A stretch of DNA of 64,000 nt. Source: Alphaproteobacteria bacterium (GTDB lineage Bacteria > Pseudomonadota > Alphaproteobacteria > Rs-D84). The stretch covers positions 469 through 64,468 of the forward strand of contig JAFXFG010000011.1 in the NCBI GenBank assembly GCA_017520675.1, in the 5' to 3' direction. A model generated the notes under the pieces. It searched no databases, had not been told where the DNA came from, and saw only the letters and a program-made list of their open reading frames with translations. Below, one piece after another: positions 57,901 to 64,000 of the stretch. The translations under genes and the position numbers were made by a program. Position 1 is the first letter of the stretch; the number at the start of each line of letters is the position of its first letter.

Positions 57901-58112
57901 ATTAAATATAATGGCTTATCTAAACGCGGTGCCGGAAACTCATGTATCTTTTGTACACATCGTTTCCGGCACTGCGTTTATCTAAACCATTCTATTTAAT
58001 TTCTTTCCTAGTGTAAGGGGCGGTGGGGCTTATGTAGCGTTTGTACACTACGCCACCCCAATTGGCTTTATCTAAATCATTCTATTTAATTTCTTTCCTA
58101 GTGCAAGGGGGA
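57901..58112. repeat. second array of the nested palindromic units
   Basis: First unit nearly identical to 48321-48424. Again starts right after a stop codon. Confidence 0.85.
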
Positions 58113-58126
58113 CAGGGGGTAATAAG

Positions 58127-58321
58127 TCCCTGCGGGGCAATGGATACCCGCCTGCGCGGGTATGACGAATAGAGGGGGCGGGTGATGGTTGGGGTGATAG
58201 TAAGTTGTTAAAACCTTGTGTTGTAAAGGGCAAATAAATTATTTGAACTGTTGTTCATTCTTAGTTTTATTAAAAACACACGTCATTCCCGCGCAGGCGG
58301 GAATCTACTGCCCCGCAGGGA
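58127..58321. mobile_element. MITE-like element with ~45-bp terminal inverted repeats
   Basis: TCCCTGCGGGGCAATGGATACCCGCCTGCGCGGGTATGACG pairs with the inverted copy ending at 58321. A shortened solo arm lies at 58453-58481. Confidence 0.6.
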
Positions 58322-58562
58322 TACTAATAGTGGCGTTTTTTAATTTTTAGGAAATCCTGGATTAAAATTTTGTGTGTGTGAAAAGCCACACCGATAATAA
58401 AGAGCCAAAAATTTATAATTTTTGTGGGGGGTGAAAAAATCACAAAAATATGTCCCTGCGGGGCCCGATACGGGAATGACGAAAATGAGGCGGGTAATTT
58501 TTTATACTTTGTTCTTGATTTTGTTTTCTTTTAGTATATAATCATAAGGCTTTGAATTTGTT

Positions 58563-58637
58563 GCGAGCATAGTACAAAGGCTAGTATGCAAGCCTTCCAA
58601 GCTTGAAATGCGGGTTCGATTCCCGCTGCTCGCACCA
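58563..58637 (+). tRNA. tRNA-Gly (UCC)
   Basis: GCGAGCA..CAAGC-CTTCCAA-GCTTG..GCGGG-TTCGATT-CCCGC-TGCTCGC-ACCA. Confidence 0.9.
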
Positions 58638-58687
58638 AGAATAAGGTGAAGGACGAGTGAGTTTTTCTTTTGTTCTTCCAATAGATT

Positions 58688-58774
58688 GGGCGTGCGCCGG
58701 AGTTGGAGAGCCGGGGCAGACTGTAAATCTGTTGTCTTATGACTGAGGTGGTTCGAATCCACCCACTCCCACCA
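58688..58774 (+). tRNA. tRNA-Tyr (GUA), class II, with a 4:69 C.U mismatch
   Basis: GGGCGTG..GCAGA-CTGTAAA-TCTGT, long variable arm, GGTGG-TTCGAAT-CCACC-CACTCCC-ACCA. Confidence 0.85.
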
Positions 58775-59251
58775 GAACAAGAACCGACCGAATGGTCGGT
58801 TTTTTGTTATGGTGTTGGGGTGGGTAGGATGAGAACCACAGGTTCGACAATGACTAGATTTGATAAGCGAAGCGCAATCAAATCGTAAGGAATGCCCCGC
58901 AGAGGGCAACGCCCGCGAGGGAATACGAAGATAGACAATTAAAAAAATCTTAAAAAAATCGATGGGACGAGATTTTTTTGATTTTATTTATTGTATATCA
59001 AGGTGCACCCACTCCCACCAGAACAAGAACCGACCGAATGGTCGGTTTTTTGTTGTGGTGTTGGGGTGGGTAGGATGAGAACCACAGGTTCGACAATGAC
59101 TAGATTTGATAAGCGAAGTGCAATCAAATCGTAAGGAATGCCCCGCAGGGGGCGAAGCCCACGAGGGAATACGAAGATAGACAATTAAAAAAATCTTAAA
59201 AAATCGATGGGACGAGATTTTTTTTGATTTTATTTATTGTATATCAAGGTG
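58760..59251 (+). repeat. two tandem 246-bp units, each beginning with the tRNA-Tyr 3' end plus terminator
   Basis: CACCCACTCCCACCAGAACAAGAACCGACCGAATGGTCGGTTTTTTGTT... repeated at 58760 and 59006, with few differences. Confidence 0.85.
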
Positions 59252-59297
59252 CACCTACCGCCCACCAAAAGATACATCGCACCACAAAGGTGCGGTT
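59248..59297 (+). repeat. second att-like direct repeat, copy 1
   Basis: GGTGCACCTACCGCCCACCAAAAGATACATCGCACCACAAAGGTGCGGTT resembles a tRNA 3' end with CCA plus a hairpin. Confidence 0.75.
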
Positions 59298-59482
59298 TTA
59301 CTTTAGGTTTTTAATAATTTCACAAGTTCGAAAAAGTCATATCTAGAAAACACTAATTTTTACTAATCTTCGAACAATCAATATTTCCAAGTATTTGCCC
59401 TGTTCGAATCCACCGAGGCGGTTTTGGTTTTAAAAACAAACAAAATTATGATAGAATACAATCATAAACAAGGGAGATAATT

Positions 59483-59803
59483 ATGTTAAAAAAAATATTT
59501 TACATGTGTTCTTTATTAACTCTGATTGCCTGTGATAAAGTCGATATATCTAAATATCCAGAAGATGTTCAAAATTGTTATAATAAAACTATTTCTGGCA
59601 CTGATAATTGCACCAAAAGCAAAAAAATTATCGTTAAGTACTGTGAGTGCGTAAGTGCTGGAAAAGTTGATATAAAAGCACCAGATGGAAAATCTGTATC
59701 AGATTCAATACGCGCATGGGTGGACATGCAAAAACTTTATGAAAAATGCGCAGAAAAAACTGGGTATACTCCTTGCGAAAAAAATGAAACGGAAAATCAG
59801 TAA
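59483..59803 (+). CDS. small lipoprotein
   Basis: Lipobox LTLIAC. GGGAGA RBS. Confidence 0.55.
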   Translation: MLKKIFYMCSLLTLIACDKVDISKYPEDVQNCYNKTISGTDNCTKSKKIIVKYCECVSAGKVDIKAPDGKSVSDSIRAWVDMQKLYEKCAEKTGYTPCEKNETENQ

Positions 59804-59880
59804 ATTCAAAACCATTTTTCTTTAAACAAATGTATGAGTTGCATAAGTTCGGTGCATTGTTGTTTGTTTTCTGCTTGATT

Positions 59881-59930
59881 GGTGCACCCACCGCCCACCA
59901 AAAGATACACCGCACCACAAAGGTGCGGTT
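59881..59930 (+). repeat. second att-like direct repeat, copy 2
   Basis: Same 50-mer with 2 differences. The pair brackets the lipoprotein gene. Confidence 0.75.
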
Positions 59931-59966
59931 CGAAAATAGCATATTCAAAAAAACAAATTTTACCGA

Positions 59967-60530
59967 TTATCGAACAACAGGAAGTGGTTTAACTAGAACC
60001 ACTCTTAAAAGGTCTTTTTTTATTGAATCGGGTGCACTTTTCAAAATTTTATAACCATTGTGCAAAGCTGCCATTTTTGAACCAACGTTCGGTTCAAAAC
60101 ATTGCCACCCCATTCGCGATATAGTAGGTTCTAAAAGTGCAATTTTTTCTATATTGGCGGCAATTTCTTTAACAAAGCCTTGCCCCCAAGCAGATTTAAT
60201 CAACCATGTATTACCTATTTCCAATGTGGCATTATTTTTCCAATATATAATTTTAGTAAAACCGATTAAGCCATTGTTGTTGTATATTGCATAATTAATC
60301 GTATTCGATTCTTTACATTCTTTAACTAGTGTATCAAAAGTTTCTTGTTCCGATTGTGGCAGAGGTTTTAAGTTATCGGTTGAAAAAGATATGTACTTAA
60401 AATCATCTGGATTTTCGTTTTTTATTATATTCCAAAAATCTTGGGCTAACTTTTTCGTCGGACTTATTAAACAAAGTTCTAATCGTGGGGTTTTCACATC
60501 TCGTTTAAATAATTTTAACACTTTTTCCAT
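59967..60530 (-). CDS. GNAT family N-acetyltransferase (RimJ/RimL-like)
   Basis: TPRLELCLISP N-terminus, WGQGFVKE acetyl-CoA site pattern. Confidence 0.7.
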   Translation of the reverse strand: MEKVLKLFKRDVKTPRLELCLISPTKKLAQDFWNIIKNENPDDFKYISFSTDNLKPLPQSEQETFDTLVKECKESNTINYAIYNNNGLIGFTKIIYWKNNATLEIGNTWLIKSAWGQGFVKEIAANIEKIALLEPTISRMGWQCFEPNVGSKMAALHNGYKILKSAPDSIKKDLLRVVLVKPLPVVR

Positions 60531-60683
60531 AAAGTTAATCCTTTCACGACATTATATCACACATACAAAATCTAATCAAATTTCATCCATCGGGTAAAAT
60601 TATATGTTTCTATTTAAACTCTTTCACCCGTTGCATTAAATCAGCGAATCTTTGTTTATTATCTGCTCGATTAATGCAAGCAT

Positions 60684-60727
60684 ACTCCCACCAGAACAAG
60701 AACCGACCGAATGGTCGGTTTTTTGTT
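60684..60727 (+). repeat. third copy of the tRNA-Tyr 3'-end/terminator repeat
   Basis: ACTCCCACCAGAACAAGAACCGACCGAATGGTCGGTTTTTTGTT, identical to 58765-58808. Confidence 0.85.
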
Positions 60728-60786
60728 GTCTCAATTTTGTTATGTTGTTAATATGTTTTGTGTGATAAAACGTTTTAGGGTGGATT

Positions 60787-61377
60787 ATGTTTTGGGCTTA
60801 TTTGTTGTTTGCTTTGTTTTTGATATTTTATTTCTTTTTCTTTGTGAAAATATTTGAATATTTGTATTGTTCTTTTATTCGCAGACAAGTGCCATTTGTT
60901 CCAAGCGACAAAAATTTACGAGGGGCAGTGGTGCATGAAATAAATTCTTGTTATAAAAATGCCAGTCGTGTAATAGAGGTTGGGTCTGGGTTTGGTGGAT
61001 TGGCCCGATATATTGCAAGAAATACAAATGCAAATGTTGTGGCACTAGAAAATATGATTTTTTCAGCCAGTGTATCAAAGTTCTTGGATTTTATTACGTT
61101 TCAAAAAAAATCAAAAACAGTTTGGCAGGATGCTTTTAAATATATTGAAAATTCAAATCATAGATTTGATGTTGCTGTGGCTTATTTGGGTCCAAACATT
61201 ACAGCACGATTGATAGATTATGCTGATAAAATTGATGTCTTGATATCACTGAATTTCCAAGTTGATAATTTGAAACCAATTAAAGTAATTGATTTGAAAT
61301 CAGGGTATGTGTATTACAACAGAAAGAAGTATCCTAATAAATTGTTTGTGTATGATTTTAGAAAATTACGTGATTAG
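60787..61377 (+). CDS. class I SAM-dependent methyltransferase-like protein with an N-terminal TM helix
   Basis: VIEVGSGFGGLARYIA motif I. Confidence 0.5.
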   Translation: MFWAYLLFALFLIFYFFFFVKIFEYLYCSFIRRQVPFVPSDKNLRGAVVHEINSCYKNASRVIEVGSGFGGLARYIARNTNANVVALENMIFSASVSKFLDFITFQKKSKTVWQDAFKYIENSNHRFDVAVAYLGPNITARLIDYADKIDVLISLNFQVDNLKPIKVIDLKSGYVYYNRKKYPNKLFVYDFRKLRD

Positions 61378-62136
61378 TTATTTTGGGAAAATATGGGTCT
61401 TATAAATATCATCACTTAGTTGTTGAATGTTAGGAAATTCTGGGTAAACAGGGGACAGGTTGCATTCTTCATCAAAAAAATGTATGTCAGGTGTGATAAT
61501 CCCTTGGTGGATTTTGTAGTATTTTAGATAACTTAGATTGTTTTGATATGGTAAATTGTGCGTTGGTGGTGTGGCGTTTATAAGCGCACATCCAATGTAG
61601 GTTTCGTTTTCTGATATGTGTGTGTAGATTATGCATTTGTTGCCTGTGGTAGAGCAAATTGCATTTGCGTTTTCGTGTATGCAAAGAAGTTCACGACCGG
61701 TGTTGTTTATGAATAGCGGAGATTTGAAGTAACAAAAATCGCTTTTTGCCTTGGTTATCATTCGTGTTTGTGTTTCTTGGGGGTGTATGGGTTTGTTTTG
61801 TTCGTCAATAATTTTTTTGGCGGTAATAGTCAGAGTTTTTGTGATTTCTTTGATGGTGTCTTTTTGGTGCGCATCATTTGAAAGTAGTTTGTTCATATAT
61901 TCACAATATAAGGGTGTGTATAACATATCGTTTATTATGATACGAATATTGTGTGTTGTTGTGATGTCAAAAATGCGCTTGCATAAAGTGTATGTATCAT
62001 GTGCGGTTATTTTGTTTGCAAGATAATCAGAATATGTGTTTTCAATGCTGTCTAGTGTAATTGGTTTGTTGCCACCAGCAAAAGCAAGTGTTGTCATCAA
62101 GAAAAATAATATCAAAAAAATATGCGTTTTTATCAT
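61378..62136 (-). CDS. exported Cys-containing protein (paralog of the next gene)
   Basis: Signal peptide. IIINDMLYTPLYC, ETYIGCALI shared with 62143..62916. Confidence 0.55.
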   Translation of the reverse strand: MIKTHIFLILFFLMTTLAFAGGNKPITLDSIENTYSDYLANKITAHDTYTLCKRIFDITTTHNIRIIINDMLYTPLYCEYMNKLLSNDAHQKDTIKEITKTLTITAKKIIDEQNKPIHPQETQTRMITKAKSDFCYFKSPLFINNTGRELLCIHENANAICSTTGNKCIIYTHISENETYIGCALINATPPTHNLPYQNNLSYLKYYKIHQGIITPDIHFFDEECNLSPVYPEFPNIQQLSDDIYKTHIFPK

Positions 62137-62142
62137 TTTATG

Positions 62143-62916
62143 TTATTGACTTTGTGGTTTGCCGGGTAAGTTATAGAAAATATCTTGGCGATTGACACTT
62201 TCGTGTTTCTGGTTAAGTTCTGTGATGTATTGTCTGATTTTTTGTGGGTTTAGATAATAGTTTGGGTATTTTTTTGTGTCAATACTGCAATCTGGGTAAA
62301 ACATATATACGCTTGGGCTGATGTGTCCGTCAACGATAATGTTTGTTACATTTTTTACATTGTCGCATTTAAAATCGATTAGGTTGCATGAAATAAATGT
62401 TTGTTTGTCGGGAAGATGTTCATAAACAAGGACGCGCCTGCCTTCGTTGGCAGCAAGAATTTTGCGCTTTTTTTCTTCGCGACAATTAATCCTTTCTTTG
62501 TATGGGTAATTTGATAAGTCTGATTTTTTATAACAAATTTGTTCAACCAAATAAAAAATGTTTTGACCAAACCTGCAACCATCTGTGGGGTCCGATGTGT
62601 GTTGGTTGATTTGGAATGCAAAGTTTATAATTTTGTCTGTAAGTTCTGTTTGTAACAGATAGCCAAGGTGTGGGTTATCCTTGGCAATTTGTTTTATGTC
62701 TGCGCAATATTGTTTAGTGTATTTTGTATCGTTTATGATTATGTTTACAAGGCTGTCGTCAGCATACTTTATTATTCGATTACAGGTTTCGATAAGTGTG
62801 TCTAGGTCGTTGTGTTGTGCAATATATTTTTTTGTATATGTTAGAATGTCGTCTGGGTTACAGTGTGCAGATGTTGATATAATAATTAATATTATAAGTG
62901 TGAATATTTTTTTCAT
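62143..62916 (-). CDS. exported Cys-containing protein (paralog)
   Basis: Signal peptide. IIINDTKYTKQYC, QTFISCNLI. Confidence 0.55.
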   Translation of the reverse strand: MKKIFTLIILIIISTSAHCNPDDILTYTKKYIAQHNDLDTLIETCNRIIKYADDSLVNIIINDTKYTKQYCADIKQIAKDNPHLGYLLQTELTDKIINFAFQINQHTSDPTDGCRFGQNIFYLVEQICYKKSDLSNYPYKERINCREEKKRKILAANEGRRVLVYEHLPDKQTFISCNLIDFKCDNVKNVTNIIVDGHISPSVYMFYPDCSIDTKKYPNYYLNPQKIRQYITELNQKHESVNRQDIFYNLPGKPQSQ

Positions 62917-63875
62917 TGCAAGACCTCTTCACAACGTTGGGCGGTCTTGATTAGTTTCTTGGCTAGTGTGATAAGTGATACGTTTAAAACTGTGCCGGTG
63001 GCGCCAGTTGCAATGTTTGCACCGGCCATTATATTGGCTGCGGTGTTTAGGTTTTTGCTTTTTTCTTTTTCTGTATCGGATAATTTAGATTTGCTGTTGA
63101 TGTCTGTAAATTTATCAGAATTTGCAGTGGCGCTGGTAATTGTGCCGGCAATACCAATTGCACCGCCTGCAATGGAAGTGCCCATTACACCTTTCATACG
63201 GTTCTCGATTTTTTCAATGTCTGAAATGTCAATTTGATTGCACCATGTTTTGATGTTATCTAATTTCTGTGCAATTGGGGTATTAATTCCAAGAATTCCA
63301 GCAGATTTTAATTCGCGTTCGGTGTTTGTGGCGACTTGAACCATATCGTTACAGGCACTGATTTGCTGAATCAAATCAGATTGGTTGATGTTGCGACCGG
63401 AAATAATTGCAGATGCTAGATTTGTGCCAATTGTGCCCGCCATTAGCCCTGTGCGCCAATTGCCAAGTTTTTTCGAACGGTCTGCGTTTTCTTGTAATTC
63501 TGCAATTTTTGCAAATGGTTTAATTACTTTATTAAGGAAGTCTTCGTCAGACATGGTTTGTATGCTTTCTGCGGTGCAACCACCAGATGTGCACATTTCT
63601 GTGATTAGGTTTTCAATTTCTTCTTCGGTGCTGGATTTTTTTTTGCCTGCAACCAATGCACCAGTCGCCGTTGCAGTACCAATACCAGTGATGACGGTGT
63701 TTGTGGTAGATATCTTTGCAAGACGACCGATTTCATCGGATATGCCAGAACATACAATTTTGGTTGCTTGAAAAACCTGTTCTGCATTTTGAATCATGTC
63801 TGATTTGTTTGACGCAAGGGCAGGGTTGCATAGTATTAAAATGAATAATAATAAAAATTTTTTCATGCTTTTCAT
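62913..63875 (-). CDS. exported protein with four Gly/Ala/Thr glycine-zipper-like segments
   Basis: Signal peptide LCNPALAS. GIGTATATGALVAG, GLMAGTIGTNLASAIISG, GVMGTSIAGGAIGIAGTITSA, IMAGANIATGATGTVLN. Stop overlaps the next gene. Confidence 0.6.
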   Translation of the reverse strand: MKSMKKFLLLFILILCNPALASNKSDMIQNAEQVFQATKIVCSGISDEIGRLAKISTTNTVITGIGTATATGALVAGKKKSSTEEEIENLITEMCTSGGCTAESIQTMSDEDFLNKVIKPFAKIAELQENADRSKKLGNWRTGLMAGTIGTNLASAIISGRNINQSDLIQQISACNDMVQVATNTERELKSAGILGINTPIAQKLDNIKTWCNQIDISDIEKIENRMKGVMGTSIAGGAIGIAGTITSATANSDKFTDINSKSKLSDTEKEKSKNLNTAANIMAGANIATGATGTVLNVSLITLAKKLIKTAQRCEEVLQ

Positions 63876-63907
63876 TTTATCATAAATTTGTCGTATCTAA
63901 AACATAT

Positions 63908-64000
63908 TTATTCTTCGACTATTTCGTATTCGTCAATGTAAGAACGTTTTATAGTGTCGGATTTTATAGGTGTGAAATTTTCTGTCTTTATGGCTTCACT
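63908..64000 (-). CDS. 3' end of an unidentified gene continuing beyond the window
   Basis: Open minus-strand frame from the window edge ending ..SYIDEYEIVEE*. Confidence 0.3.
   Translation of the reverse strand, partial: SEAIKTENFTPIKSDTIKRSYIDEYEIVEE

Noticed and set aside
58502-58909. 135-aa minus-strand ORF
   Set aside because: It runs antisense through tRNA-Gly, tRNA-Tyr and repeat sequence.
58810-58920. Additional tRNA or tmRNA fragment suggested by GGTTCGACAATGAC
   Set aside because: No cloverleaf can be drawn. It is part of the 246-bp tandem unit.

Overview
This is an AT-rich Gram-negative chromosomal segment. I called everything by eye from motifs and ran no searches. The housekeeping backbone looks alphaproteobacterial and like an intracellular or symbiont lineage (inference). 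It holds rfbC/rfbD, an alpha-type L36, an isolated virB3-virB4 pair, DUF374-lpxK-lpxC, two PagL-like lipid A deacylases, thrS, a SPOR protein, tatA, gyrB, ung, lolC/E-lolD and five tRNAs. Accessory material is interleaved with it:

- **Leader RNA family:** a non-coding, terminator-ended leader occurs in three copies (about 1127-1426, 23739-24001, 48742-48971) with covarying helices. I cannot place it in a known riboswitch class.
- **thrS mini-ORF:** an 18-codon ORF with six consecutive Thr codons lies upstream of a TGS-less thrS.
- **tRNA-Met islet:** a 5.5-kb islet is bounded by a 22-bp direct repeat of tRNA-Met. It carries a class II Fic protein, duplicated promoter and gene cassettes for a 4-Cys domain family I do not recognise, and no integrase.
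- **Tail-fibre gene:** a lone T7-type tail-fibre-like gene sits behind a promoter and two tandem terminators.
- **Glycan locus:** a roughly 17-kb locus (GT4, RgpF x2, GT2, glf, MsbA/PglK-like ABC exporter) includes a 1417-aa fusion of three GT2 domains, a coiled coil and a methyltransferase-like domain.
- **Repeats and att sites:** nested palindromic repeat arrays, a MITE-like element, and a pile-up of tRNA-Tyr 3'-end (att-like) repeats.
- **Exported Cys-rich or glycine-zipper proteins:** one of these carries a G8 tract in its 5' coding region.

Many long ORFs in the supplied track are antisense shadows of real genes and were rejected.
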